DNA of 63,987 nt, filler included, from an uncultured Myxococcia bacterium (GCA_964617105.1; 8 parts of 8 records of this genome joined end to end with filler, not necessarily neighbours in it), one strand, 5' to 3'. Shown: positions 48,406-58,177, counted from the whole stretch's first letter. The notes: generated by a model from the sequence alone, not told the origin. Made by a program: numbers and translations.

Positions 48406-49188
48406 TCAGGTTTTGTTGAGGCGCCAGTAAATAATCGAGATGACTGCTATCATAGGTACACAGATCAGTTGGGAGGTGGAGATTAGCCCATCAAAAAAAA
48501 GCCCCCGGTTGTCGGCCCGGAAAAATTCTACCGTAAACCTGGTTATAGAATACAAAATCACAAATTGGCACAGTACCTGGCCGTCAAATTTTTTGCGGGG
48601 ACCAAGCCAAAGATAGAGATAGAGAAAAATCAGCAGATTGGCCAGAGCGGAATACAACTGGGTGGGATGAAGACTGCTGGCACCTTTGGTTAAGTGATGG
48701 TGCGGAAAAGTTATAGCCCAGGGCAAATCAATAGGTTTGCCAAAACAGCAACCCGATAAAAAACAGCCGATGCGGCCGAAAAACAGCCCGATAGGGGTAG
48801 CCATTCCGGCCAAATCAAACACTGGCAACACTTTGAGGTTACGCCGGTGAAGAAACCATATAGACAGCGGAATGGGGACTAGAAATCCTCCTAAAAAAGC
48901 ATATCCTCCCCGCCATATTTTAAGAAGTTCAAGTGGATTTTGAATATACCAACCGAGGATTGGAGCACCAGTGGATGGGTCTTTTTCCACCAGGGCGTGC
49001 AAAAGCCGGGCTCCTAAAAGACTGCTGAACAAGACCAGCATGGAGAGATCCAGAATGGTATCCTGGTCCATATTGAGGCGCCGGGATTCTTTCCAGGCCA
49101 GATAGGTACCTACCATAAATCCCAGCATTAACAGGGTAAAATAGGAGGGGACGCTGAAAGAACCGTATTTAATTAACCAGGGATAGAT
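48406..49188 (-). CDS. lgt: Prolipoprotein diacylglyceryl transferase
   Basis: GARL, IWRGG, GRIGCF..GCCFG, HPTQLY, RF.VEFFRAD; Lgt-like N-terminus xYPWLIKYGSFSVPSY extends to an ATC codon at 49188 after a GGAG RBS. Confidence 0.93.
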   Translation of the reverse strand: MYPWLIKYGSFSVPSYFTLLMLGFMVGTYLAWKESRRLNMDQDTILDLSMLVLFSSLLGARLLHALVEKDPSTGAPILGWYIQNPLELLKIWRGGYAFLGGFLVPIPLSIWFLHRRNLKVLPVFDLAGMATPIGLFFGRIGCFLSGCCFGKPIDLPWAITFPHHHLTKGASSLHPTQLYSALANLLIFLYLYLWLGPRKKFDGQVLCQFVILYSITRFTVEFFRADNRGLFFDGLISTSQLICVPMIAVISIIYWRLNKT

Positions 49189-49230
49189 ATGTTATTCTCC
49201 TTTTATTGAGCGCATGACCGGCATATACGC

Positions 49231-49276
49231 AAAACACAAGGGGTTGCAAGACCTGATGTCCTGCAACCCCTTGTGT
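49231..49276 (-). terminator. Terminator hairpin after degenerate tRNA
   Basis: Perfect 15-bp IR ACACAAGGGGTTGCA/TGCAACCCCTTGTGT followed by T run on minus strand. Confidence 0.7.
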
Positions 49277-49280
49277 CTAA

Positions 49281-49359
49281 TGGAGCCAAGAATAAGATTC
49301 GAATTCAAGACTTGTGCATTATGAGATCTTCGATGCTCTGCCAACTGAGACATCTTGGC
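49281..49359 (-). pseudogene. Degenerate tRNA-like sequence (probably decayed tRNA-Thr)
   Basis: GCCAAGA/TCTTGGC perfect acceptor stem, T-CCA end, CTCAGTTGGCAGAGC D-arm, TTCGAAT loop; anticodon stem unpaired, T-stem mismatched. Confidence 0.7.
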
Positions 49360-49388
49360 ATATATTGAAATCAATTGTAATGGAGGAG

Positions 49389-49417
49389 ATTATATTGGCT
49401 ACAATTCGGAAAGTCAA
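49389..49417 (-). promoter_or_regulatory. Near-consensus sigma-70 promoter upstream of the degenerate tRNA
   Basis: TTGACT-17nt-TATAAT on minus strand. Confidence 0.7.
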
Positions 49418-49421
49418 CGGG

Positions 49422-49453
49422 AAAAAAGGGGCCAGCATTTCTGCCAACCCCTT
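49422..49453 (-). terminator. Intrinsic terminator after tRNA-Arg
   Basis: AAGGGGTTGGCA-GAAA-TGCTGGCCCC-T6. Confidence 0.75.
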
Positions 49454-49463
49454 GATCTTATTA

Positions 49464-49540
<77 letters not shown>

Positions 49541-49772
49541 TTAAGTTTGAATGAATAAGAATTAAACTTTATTTTTTTGCTTTTGTCAAGGGTTGGTGGA
49601 TGATGGTCGAAACGCTCCGTCTCGATCCCTCTTGATCTTTCCGGGCTCCGTTGATAGTATTGGGCAAAAGTATGGAGCCAGGGGTTATTTAGCGGGAGCA
49701 GACAAACCGGAATTTAATCAGCGGTATTTTTTTGGGGGTATCAGTTATCCAAAGGGTTTAAAGGAGCAATTC

Positions 49773-50336
49773 ATGAAAGGGTGCAAATTTATAAATATAG
49801 TTTTTTTATCTATTCTGGTTCTGTTGTTTTTGGGGGCCTGTGGCTCAGATGATAAAGGTTCTTCATCTGATACCACCAGCAGCCAAAAGAAAGAACTTAA
49901 ATGGTTTGGTATTACCCAGGGCGAAAGTTGGCACTTTCGGGGTGACAAAGGGGGCAATTGCACCTTTTGGAAGGTGGATGTGGAGGCAGATACCACCTCT
50001 ACCGTAGAGCAGAACGTGGCTGTGATGAACTGGCTGGGCAATGGTTTTGCCCGGGAAAAATATGAGGTGATGGTGTCGGAAGAGGGGTTGCAGATGCGGG
50101 TTCACGAACTCCGGGAGAGTGCAGGTATAGAAAACTTCAAATACAAAGGCACCCGCAATTTCAAACAACCGGTGCTCCTGCTCAAAATAAGTAAACTCAA
50201 AAAAAACGGTACCTGGCAAAGCCTGGAGCCTGATTCCTGGGCCTCCATATGGTTGATACGTACGCATATCGATCCGAATGCTGACATCGTGATCCGGCCT
50301 TCGGGGTCCCGCCTTGACGTAGACAACCCCTTCGCT
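49773..50336 (+). CDS. Hypothetical lipoprotein (3'-truncated)
   Basis: AAGGAG RBS, lipobox FLGAC, Ser-rich linker. Confidence 0.6.
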
Positions 50337-50436
50337 NNNNNNNNNNNNNNNNNNNNNNNNNNNNNNNNNNNNNNNNNNNNTTAATTAATTAANNNNNNNN
50401 NNNNNNNNNNNNNNNNNNNNNNNNNNNNNNNNNNNN
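50337..50436. other. Artificial contig linker
   Basis: N-run/TTAATTAATTAA/N-run. Confidence 0.97.
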
Positions 50437-50900
50437 TATTAAATACCATCCTGGCCGGACAGGGCGGACGCCTGTTTATTGAATTGCGGGATAAAAAAAG
50501 TATGGCCTACTCGATCTCCTCATTTTCCATGGATGGAATTGAGCCTGGTTACTTCTCCATCTATCTGGCCACCAGTCCTCAACGGGTGGACGAAACCATC
50601 GACTGTTTGATGCAGGAACTTAACAGGGTAAAGCAGGAGATGATCACTGAGCAGGAGTTATCCAGAGCAAAAAACTATCTTAATGGAAATTTTCAGATCT
50701 CTTTACAAAAATATTCTTACCGGGCTGCCCTGTTGGCCTACAACCTTCTATACGATTTGGATTACCAAAACTTTGATGATTATTGCCAAAAAATAAACTC
50801 GGTAAGCAAACAGGATGTTTTGGAAGCAGCCCGAACTTTTATCGATTTTGATTCCTGCATCATATCCATAGCCAAACCATCTAAAGAGATGGGCCGCTAA
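50437..50900 (+). CDS. M16 (pitrilysin/PqqL-like) peptidase C-terminal part (5'-truncated)
   Basis: LNTILAGQGGRLFIELRDKKSMAYS..ITEQELSRAKNYL..INSVSKQDV. Confidence 0.85.
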
Positions 50901-51004
50901 AAGAGAGAACTATTTTCTTGACTCTAAATGATTTCTATGAATAAAATTGACTGATCATTTGTTTATAAATATAAACTTAATTTTAATATAAGGGAGGTCT
51001 TTTC

Positions 51005-51796
51005 ATGAGTTATTATTCCAGGTGGGCTTTGGCGGCTGTGGCTATTATCGGGTTGGCTTTCATGTTTACTGGATGCCGTCCCAAGTATCCCCTCTGTGAA
51101 AACGATGACCACTGCGCTGAGTACAAAGAGGTTTGTGTGGATAAAAAATGTCAGCAATGCCGAGATGACAGCAATTGTCCTGAAGGGCAGATATGCGAAG
51201 AAAACCGCTGTGTCCCCAAGCCGGAATGCCGTGCCGACTCAGACTGCCAGGAACCCCTGGTTTGCCGCGACCAAAAATGTGTCCCGGAATGCGCTGAAAA
51301 TAGTGATTGCGGAACTGGCATGAAGTGTGAGGGCCAAAAATGCGTGGATGATGTAATGTGCAAAGTGGATACTGACTGCAACGAAGGGATGGAGTGCCTG
51401 GAGAATAATTGCGTAGAAAAAAAGGCTGAAACTCCTCCTCCGGTGGAGGAAGAAGTTGTCCAGTGTGATTTGAGCCGAATCCATTTTGACTTTGATGACT
51501 ATAATATTAGGAATGATGCCAAATCAGGATTGGACACTAATGTCAGTTGCCTAAAAACCAAAAGCAATTTTCGCCTCAAACTCGAAGGCCACTGCGATGA
51601 GAGAGGAACCACCGAGTATAACCTTTCCCTGGGTGAAAAAAGAGCTAATTCTGCTAAACGCTATTTGACCAACATGGGAATTGCTCCCAAGGCCATAGAC
51701 ACTGTTTCTTATGGTGAAGAGAAGCCGCTGGATTCAGAGAGCAGCGAAGAAGCCTGGTCTAAAAACCGTAGAGTAGAGTTCGAAATTTCTGAATAA
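51005..51796 (+). CDS. pal: Pal/OmpA-family lipoprotein with five Cys-rich repeats
   Basis: Lipobox FTGC; five 4-Cys repeats; IHFDFD, EGHCDERGTTEYNLSLGEKRA, SYGEEKP, KNRRVEF; followed by cpoB-like gene. Confidence 0.8.
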   Translation: MSYYSRWALAAVAIIGLAFMFTGCRPKYPLCENDDHCAEYKEVCVDKKCQQCRDDSNCPEGQICEENRCVPKPECRADSDCQEPLVCRDQKCVPECAENSDCGTGMKCEGQKCVDDVMCKVDTDCNEGMECLENNCVEKKAETPPPVEEEVVQCDLSRIHFDFDDYNIRNDAKSGLDTNVSCLKTKSNFRLKLEGHCDERGTTEYNLSLGEKRANSAKRYLTNMGIAPKAIDTVSYGEEKPLDSESSEEAWSKNRRVEFEISE

Positions 51797-51844
51797 CTCC
51801 TTATTTCGATTCTTATTTCTTAGTTGAGAATAGATTCATCAAAT

Positions 51845-52699
51845 ATGAAATACTTTTGTACACTATTTTTCTGTTTCTCTTTTTTCTTCTGTTCCTGCTG
51901 GGTTCACCAAGAGCAGGGCGAACAGATGATGAGCGACATCCGGGCACTGCAGGGTCAATTTGACGCTACCAGAGAAAACATGAAGGAGCAGCAGCGACTT
52001 TTAGATAAAAAAATTAAAAAAGTAAAAAAAATGCTGGACAAGATTAACGAAGTGGCCCGGCGGACTGATGCTAATTTCGGCGTTCAGTTAGAACAGATGA
52101 TTAAAAACCTTCAGCAAACCACCGGAAAATTGGAACTGTTGCAACACCGGCTGGAAGTTATGGGAAAACAGGTTTCCCAATTAAAAAATTTAGAAAAGAA
52201 TTTTGAAAGTCAGGTCACAAAAATCAGCAAGGAATCGGTAACCCTGGATGATGCCGGTAAAAATCAGCAGCGCGAAATTTTATCCGGAGTGAAACGTCCG
52301 GAACAGCCAGAAAATTTCTTTGAATTATTAAACTCTTATTTTGTCCAAAAAGAGTACGGTATCACCGCTATACTGTGTAACGAATTTAAAGCAAAATGGC
52401 CATCTCACCACCTGGAAGCCCAGGTGTTATTCCTGGAAGGTGAGATGGCTTTTTTCAGGCAAGCATATCAAAAAGCAATAATAAGTTACCAAAATATCAG
52501 AGAAACATATCCGGACAACCACTTTAATGACCAGATTCTTTTTAAAATTTCTCAATCCTTCTTAAAACTGGGCATGAAAAAGGAAGCCAAAACCTTTTTG
52601 ACCGAACTTATTAAAAAGTATAAAAACTCTCCCTTAACCAAAAAAGCCCAGAAAATTCTCAAACAATTAAAGGGTCGTAAAGGCAATAAAAAGCGCTGA
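51845..52699 (+). CDS. cpoB: CpoB/YbgF-like coiled-coil plus TPR lipoprotein
   Basis: N-terminal Cys lipid anchor, coiled coil, C-terminal TPRs ending L..LIKKYKNS; follows pal. Confidence 0.65.
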   Translation: MKYFCTLFFCFSFFFCSCWVHQEQGEQMMSDIRALQGQFDATRENMKEQQRLLDKKIKKVKKMLDKINEVARRTDANFGVQLEQMIKNLQQTTGKLELLQHRLEVMGKQVSQLKNLEKNFESQVTKISKESVTLDDAGKNQQREILSGVKRPEQPENFFELLNSYFVQKEYGITAILCNEFKAKWPSHHLEAQVLFLEGEMAFFRQAYQKAIISYQNIRETYPDNHFNDQILFKISQSFLKLGMKKEAKTFLTELIKKYKNSPLTKKAQKILKQLKGRKGNKKR

Positions 52700-52741
52700 A
52701 CATAGACCTTTCGAATTTGAATTACGAGTTGCAAATTACCA

Positions 52742-53575
52742 ATGAATACCGCCGGTCAACATAAGGCAAAAAACAAGGGTCCGGAAAATGTCGCTTCCCA
52801 ACTTACCCCATTGGCCCACAAAAATATTCTTTTTGCTACTGCCCAATACCAAAAAAATCTGGCCCGGCGCCGCCTTATCATTACCTTACTTTTAATAATT
52901 TCTGGGGCTATTTTTACTGTTGGCATTTTTTGGTTTTACCAGGAGATGAAAAAGGAAAAAGAGAGCGTCAGCCAGGAATCTTTGTCTTTAAAAGAGATGC
53001 TCAAGCAGGAACATGGGAAAGTTGGCCAGAACAGAAAGGAGGAACTGTTCCCCTCCTTTTCCAACGCCAAAAAACCTTTGGAGGAAATAAAAAAAATCGT
53101 CCCCAGGGGAACCCAGGCGGACGACAATGAAAAATCAAATGATATTGATCTGCCGTCCGAAGTGGGGGCATCGCCGCCCACCCTGGACGAGAACCAACGG
53201 CAAAAGGTGTTGGAGATGATTAAAAAAGGAGTCGGCCTGGAAGATAAATCAAATCTGAAACTCGCTGTAACCACCTATAAAAAGGCCTTACAAATTAATC
53301 CCCGGGATGCGGATATTCACCTGGCCCTCTGCCGCTGCTATTTTGAACTGGATGATTTACAAAAAGTAAGCGAGCATGCCTTAAAAGCTCTGTCCAGTAA
53401 CAACAAACATCCAGAACCATACCTGTGGCTGGGTCATTACCACTATTCACAACAAAATCATTGCCAGGCCAAAAGGACATACCAGAACTACCTCAGACTG
53501 GAACCCCACAATCCCCATGCTGATGAAATTCGGATTATCATCAAGGGGATGAAAAATACTGCTCAATGTCCTTAG
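52742..53575 (+). CDS. Single-TM TPR protein
   Basis: One TM helix; C-terminal TPRs (YKKALQINP.DADIHLAL, YQNYLRLEP). Confidence 0.7.
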   Translation: MNTAGQHKAKNKGPENVASQLTPLAHKNILFATAQYQKNLARRRLIITLLLIISGAIFTVGIFWFYQEMKKEKESVSQESLSLKEMLKQEHGKVGQNRKEELFPSFSNAKKPLEEIKKIVPRGTQADDNEKSNDIDLPSEVGASPPTLDENQRQKVLEMIKKGVGLEDKSNLKLAVTTYKKALQINPRDADIHLALCRCYFELDDLQKVSEHALKALSSNNKHPEPYLWLGHYHYSQQNHCQAKRTYQNYLRLEPHNPHADEIRIIIKGMKNTAQCP

Positions 53576-54179
53576 GCCGATCCATATCTTGCAAAATCCC
53601 CTGGTCATCAACTTCTACCAAATCCAAACTGTCCCGATATTTTTTGGTAATCCAGCGAGCGCCTACCTGTAAGGGGGCCTGAAAGAAAGAGGGGAAGTAT
53701 TTGGCACCGAAAAAAACAGGGTGCCCCTTTTGTCCTTTAAATAAAGGAGCGATAAGCCGCTGAGTTCTATCCTTGCCCAAACCCTGGCAGAAAGTCTTTA
53801 ACTGTTGGTAAGTTTCCACCGTTACCAAAGGTAAATCAGCCGGATGAATCCAAACTCCCTCAATACTCCGGGGTAATTGGTTAACTCCCATCCGAAGGCT
53901 GGAGAGCATCCCCTGTTCCGGGTGTGGGTTGGTAATGATACTCAAAGAGAGATGGGNNNNNNNNNNNNNNNNNNNNNNNNNNNNNNNNNNNNNTAGTCCG
54001 CCTGACCGGTTCTGATTAGGAGAAATCACCACCACTATTGAGTTGATATCTGCCTGCAAACACTTGTCAATTATTTGCAACGGCATAGGACCACCGGGTA
54101 AAGGCAAGGTCATTTTATCCCGCCCCATCCTGGTGGAGGCGCCGGCTGCCGCTAACAGCAACACCTGGTTATTGGCCAT
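53541..54179 (-). CDS. Molybdenum cofactor cytidylyltransferase-like NTP transferase (MocA-like); contains an N-gap
   Basis: LAAAGASTRMGRDK, NPHPEQGMLSSL, PADLP, GHPV, DMD; coupled to xdh-family genes. Confidence 0.8.
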   Translation of the reverse strand: MANNQVLLLAAAGASTRMGRDKMTLPLPGGPMPLQIIDKCLQADINSIVVVISPNQNRSGGLXXXXXXXXXXXXXHLSLSIITNPHPEQGMLSSLRMGVNQLPRSIEGVWIHPADLPLVTVETYQQLKTFCQGLGKDRTQRLIAPLFKGQKGHPVFFGAKYFPSFFQAPLQVGARWITKKYRDSLDLVEVDDQGILQDMDRPKDIEQYFSSP

Positions 54180-54206
54180 GCTGGATATCCTCACTCAATA
54201 AAGGGA

Positions 54207-56534
54207 TTACTTTTTTTCCCGAATAGCCTGCAATACCCTCTCTGGTGTAAAAGGGGCGGTGCGCAACCGAACGCCTACGGCATTGAAAATTGCATTGGAA
54301 ATGGCTGGCAAGGGACCGTTGATACAGATTTCGGAAACACTCTTGGCTCCAAAGGGACCGGTATCCTCATAAGTAGGGACCAGGATGGTTTCTATCCTGG
54401 GCAAATCAGCAGTGGAAAATATCTTGTAATTACCCAAATCGCTGTTGAGCATCCTGCCATGCCGGTTAAACAGATATTCTTCGGTAAGGGCGTAACTGAT
54501 GCCGTTCAGCACTCCGCCCTCGGTCTGTCCCTCGGCCAATTTTGGATTTATGGCGGTGCCACAATCAACGGCAGCCACATATTTGAGCACTATTACCTTA
54601 CCGGTGCGAATATCAACCTCAACCTCTGCGAAGTGGGCTGAAAAAGGCGGTGGAGATTTATGGGTGATATGGGAGGCAATGGTGCCGATTTGAAACTGGT
54701 CCGACAGGTAAAGAGAGTGGATAGCCACCTTACTCAAATCCACCTCCTGGCCGTCACTGGTCTTGAGGAGATTGTTGTTGATCTCCATTTTATCCGCCGG
54801 GACCTTCAGCATTTTGGCAGCTACCTGGAAGATCTGCTCCTTCACCTTACGGGCGGCCTTTTGCACTGCTGATCCGGAGAGATAGGTGGTACTGGAAGCG
54901 TAAGCCCCCACATCAAAAGGGGTCATATCGGTGTCTGAAGAGTAAACTATCACCCGATCAGCACTGATTCCCAACTCTTCTGCCGCTATCTGAGCCAGGA
55001 TAGTATCTGAACCGGTTCCCAGGTCGGTGGCTCCCACCAACAGATTGAAAGATCCGTCTTCATTCATCTTTAGTGACGCGGCGCCCATGTCGATCTCCGG
55101 GATACTGGACCCCTGCATCAGGCAGGCAACTCCCATGCCCTGGCGCAAATCACCGTTACCTATACATCTGTCCCGGTTTTTCCAGCCAATTGCCTCTGCC
55201 CCCTTTTCAATGCACTGCAAAATACCGCAGGAACCAATGGTTTGCTCTACTCCCTCTTTTCCTTCTCCCAGAGCCTGGAACACCGGTGAACTCTCACCAC
55301 TTTGAATAAAAAGCGGTCGCCTGAATTCCAAAGGATCTTTCCCCAGGATATGGGCCATTTCATCAAAGTGAACCTCCATGGCAAAAGCGGCCTGGGTAGC
55401 CCCATAACCACGGTAGGCACCGCCCACCGGTAAGTTAGTATAAACTCCCTTGGCATCAAAGGCCACATTATTGGTTTTATAAAGTGGCAAACACTTGCTG
55501 CCACAATTGCACGGCACAGTAAGAGCATGAGAGCCATAGGCGCCGGTATTGCTTAAAACTTCCATAGACAGGGCATCCAATTTCCCCTTTTTGCTAAAAC
55601 CGGTCTTGATCCTGACCTTCATTGGATGACGGGTTCTGGAACTGACAAACTCCTCCCTGCGGTTATACTCAAACAGCACCGGCCGGCCGGTTTTCAAGGT
55701 CAGGGCAGCGCAAATATCTTCTAAAAGCACCTCCTGTTTGGCTCCAAATCCACCGCCAATCCGCGGTTTAATCACCCTGATTTGCCCGGTGGGTATCTCC
55801 AGTCTCTGGGCCACAATACGGCGAACGTGAAAAGGAACCTGGGTACTGGTTCGAATAACCAATCGGCCATATTCATCTTTGTAAGTCAAAACTACATGGG
55901 GTTCTATGGGAGTATGCTGAGCATATTGGGTGTTGTAGGTGTAATCCAGGGTATAATCAGATTTTTTTAATGTCCCCTCCACATCACCTATCTCCATGCT
56001 CACATGGGCAGCCAGGTTTCTTTCGGGCTTATATTCTATGGGGATAATCACCTTGGCTTCCGGCTCATCGTGAATAACCGGCGCCCCCTCTTTCAGGGCC
56101 TTCTCCGGATCAAATACACCTGGCAATTGCTCATATTTTACCTTAATCGATTTGAGCGCTTCCTGAACCGCCTCTAAACTCTCAGCCGCCACCGCCGCCA
56201 CCCGGTCCCCAACAAACCGCACCTTGTTGTCCAGCATAAAAGTGTCATAAGGAGAAGGTTCCGGAAACCCTTGCCCGGCAGTGGTATGAGCCACCCTGGG
56301 AACATCCAGGTAGGTTAAAACCGCCTGCACGCCCTCAACAGCCCTGGCCTCTTTTACCTGGATATCCTCGATGCGGGCATGGGCAAAAGGGCTCCAAAGC
56401 ATACCGGCATATAGCATATTTTGCGGTAATATGTCCGCGGTAAAAAGAGGTTGCCCGGTGGCCATGGCCATACTGTCCTTTTTAGTAATATTTTTTCCAA
56501 CCACCTTGAATTGCTTTGCATCTGATTTTTTCAT
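54207..56534 (-). CDS. Xanthine dehydrogenase family molybdopterin subunit (XdhD/YgfN-like)
   Basis: VRFVGDRVAAV, STQVPFH, IGGGFGAKQ, TRHP, AYRGYGATQ, GAYASSTT, FGAKSVSEI. Confidence 0.9.
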   Translation of the reverse strand: MKKSDAKQFKVVGKNITKKDSMAMATGQPLFTADILPQNMLYAGMLWSPFAHARIEDIQVKEARAVEGVQAVLTYLDVPRVAHTTAGQGFPEPSPYDTFMLDNKVRFVGDRVAAVAAESLEAVQEALKSIKVKYEQLPGVFDPEKALKEGAPVIHDEPEAKVIIPIEYKPERNLAAHVSMEIGDVEGTLKKSDYTLDYTYNTQYAQHTPIEPHVVLTYKDEYGRLVIRTSTQVPFHVRRIVAQRLEIPTGQIRVIKPRIGGGFGAKQEVLLEDICAALTLKTGRPVLFEYNRREEFVSSRTRHPMKVRIKTGFSKKGKLDALSMEVLSNTGAYGSHALTVPCNCGSKCLPLYKTNNVAFDAKGVYTNLPVGGAYRGYGATQAAFAMEVHFDEMAHILGKDPLEFRRPLFIQSGESSPVFQALGEGKEGVEQTIGSCGILQCIEKGAEAIGWKNRDRCIGNGDLRQGMGVACLMQGSSIPEIDMGAASLKMNEDGSFNLLVGATDLGTGSDTILAQIAAEELGISADRVIVYSSDTDMTPFDVGAYASSTTYLSGSAVQKAARKVKEQIFQVAAKMLKVPADKMEINNNLLKTSDGQEVDLSKVAIHSLYLSDQFQIGTIASHITHKSPPPFSAHFAEVEVDIRTGKVIVLKYVAAVDCGTAINPKLAEGQTEGGVLNGISYALTEEYLFNRHGRMLNSDLGNYKIFSTADLPRIETILVPTYEDTGPFGAKSVSEICINGPLPAISNAIFNAVGVRLRTAPFTPERVLQAIREKK

Positions 56535-56577
56535 TGGTTGCTCCAACTACGGAAAATTTATCCCCGCCTAATTTTTC

Positions 56578-57036
56578 TTACTTGAGTTTCGCTGCTGCTG
56601 TTTGCACGGCCTCTACGATCTTTACATAGCCGGTGCAGCGGCAAAGATTGCCATCCAAAGCCTTGAGGATATCTTTCCTATCTGGGCTGGGATTATCCTC
56701 CAACAGGGCATAGGCAGACAAAATCATTCCCGGTGTGCAATAACCGCACTGCACAGCACCGGCATCCACAAAAGCCTCCTGCAAAACATGAGGTTTATCC
56801 AGGGTACCAAGTCCCTCAATAGTGGTGATCGCTTTATCTTTGGCTTGACCTGCCAGCACCAAGCAGGCATTGATGGCTCTGTGGTTCATTAAAATTGTGC
56901 ATGCTCCACAGGAACCGTCATCACACCCCTTTTTAACTCCCACGTACCCCTCTCGCCGTAAAACATCAACCAGCAATTCGCCAGGTTCTGCCTCCAAATA
57001 TTTCTTAAAACCGTTTATAGTAACTTCAATCTTCAT
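56578..57036 (-). CDS. 2x[2Fe-2S] subunit of xanthine dehydrogenase family enzyme
   Basis: GCDDGSCGAC..C, QCGYCTPG, GNLCRCTGY. Confidence 0.95.
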   Translation of the reverse strand: MKIEVTINGFKKYLEAEPGELLVDVLRREGYVGVKKGCDDGSCGACTILMNHRAINACLVLAGQAKDKAITTIEGLGTLDKPHVLQEAFVDAGAVQCGYCTPGMILSAYALLEDNPSPDRKDILKALDGNLCRCTGYVKIVEAVQTAAAKLK

Positions 57037-57115
57037 AATTTTTCTCTTCTTGGCTATTGATCATTATTGATACTAATCCATCAATATTCGATAATCTTAA
57101 ACCGGTTGTAATCAT

Positions 57116-57955
57116 TTATCCCCGGCAGTCCAGCAACCCTCGCTCCAACAGTACAGAGGCAATCTCCTGCTTATAGGTCAAGGTGCAACGGTTATCTGTG
57201 GTTGGTTGATAATTTTCCTTAAACAGGTGGGATGCTTCAGTGACACTCTTTTTGTTAGCCGGTAATCCTTCCAGCATTTTTTCTATCACCCTCACTCTAA
57301 AAGGGATGGGATGATAGGCGCCAACAGTTATGGTTACATTTTTGAATTTCCCATCTTTAATAAAGGCCTGGCAGGCAACTGAAACCATTGCATAGTCCAC
57401 TTCGGTCCTTATAAAGGTCTGGTAACTTCCAATCCGTTCCAGCGATGGGGTTTCAAAATAGATCTCTTTTAATAAGTAATCGCGGCCAATAACTTTGCGG
57501 GGATGGGGTTTGTAGAGTTGTTCCAGATCAATAATTTTCTCTTCTGGTCCTAAAAACAGGCATTTTGCCCCCAGACACATCAATGGCAGCGGCAAATCGG
57601 ACCAGGGATAGGTCTGCATAATATTACCGCCTATGGTGGCCATGTTCCTGATAGGTTGGGAACCCACCCGGGAAGCGGCCCGGTTTAGAAAACCATCGCC
57701 CACCTCCAGTAGCAATTCAGATTTATCAATATCAGTGGCCCGGCAGGTGGCGCCAATACAAGTATGTTTATCGCGTCGGCTGATATAATTAAGACCGATG
57801 GTGGTGATATCCATCAGCCACTCCACCCGGGGATTGATATTTCGGGCCAGGCTGGTGCCGCCGGCAATGGGCTCCACCTTGCTGTCGCTATGTTTGATAA
57901 TATCCACCGCTTCATCAATACTGTTGGGATAGATAAATCCTTTCAACTTGTTCAT
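57116..57955 (-). CDS. FAD-binding subunit of xanthine dehydrogenase family enzyme (YgfM-like)
   Basis: IAGGT, IRNMATIGGN, SDL; first gene of FAD/FeS/Mo triplet. Confidence 0.88.
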   Translation of the reverse strand: MNKLKGFIYPNSIDEAVDIIKHSDSKVEPIAGGTSLARNINPRVEWLMDITTIGLNYISRRDKHTCIGATCRATDIDKSELLLEVGDGFLNRAASRVGSQPIRNMATIGGNIMQTYPWSDLPLPLMCLGAKCLFLGPEEKIIDLEQLYKPHPRKVIGRDYLLKEIYFETPSLERIGSYQTFIRTEVDYAMVSVACQAFIKDGKFKNVTITVGAYHPIPFRVRVIEKMLEGLPANKKSVTEASHLFKENYQPTTDNRCTLTYKQEIASVLLERGLLDCRG

Positions 57956-58177
57956 GGAATCCTCTTCGGGTAATCGAAGGAAACTGATTGCTCCTTCACC
58001 TGTTGAAAATGGTTAAAATAAAGAATAAATTATAGCATTTTGGCTAAAGAAAATCTATTGATTCTGGCGGGTAGAGTTCGATTAGCCGGGTACAATAATC
58101 GGTTGTTCAACTGCCCTAAAATCCCTATCAAGTTCACTCGAACACTACCACACCTCTGGAGTCAATTACGGCCGTGG

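Noticed and set aside
49281-49359. Functional tRNA-Met/Ile2 (CAT)
   Set aside because: Anticodon stem cannot pair and T-stem is disrupted; the body looks Thr-like
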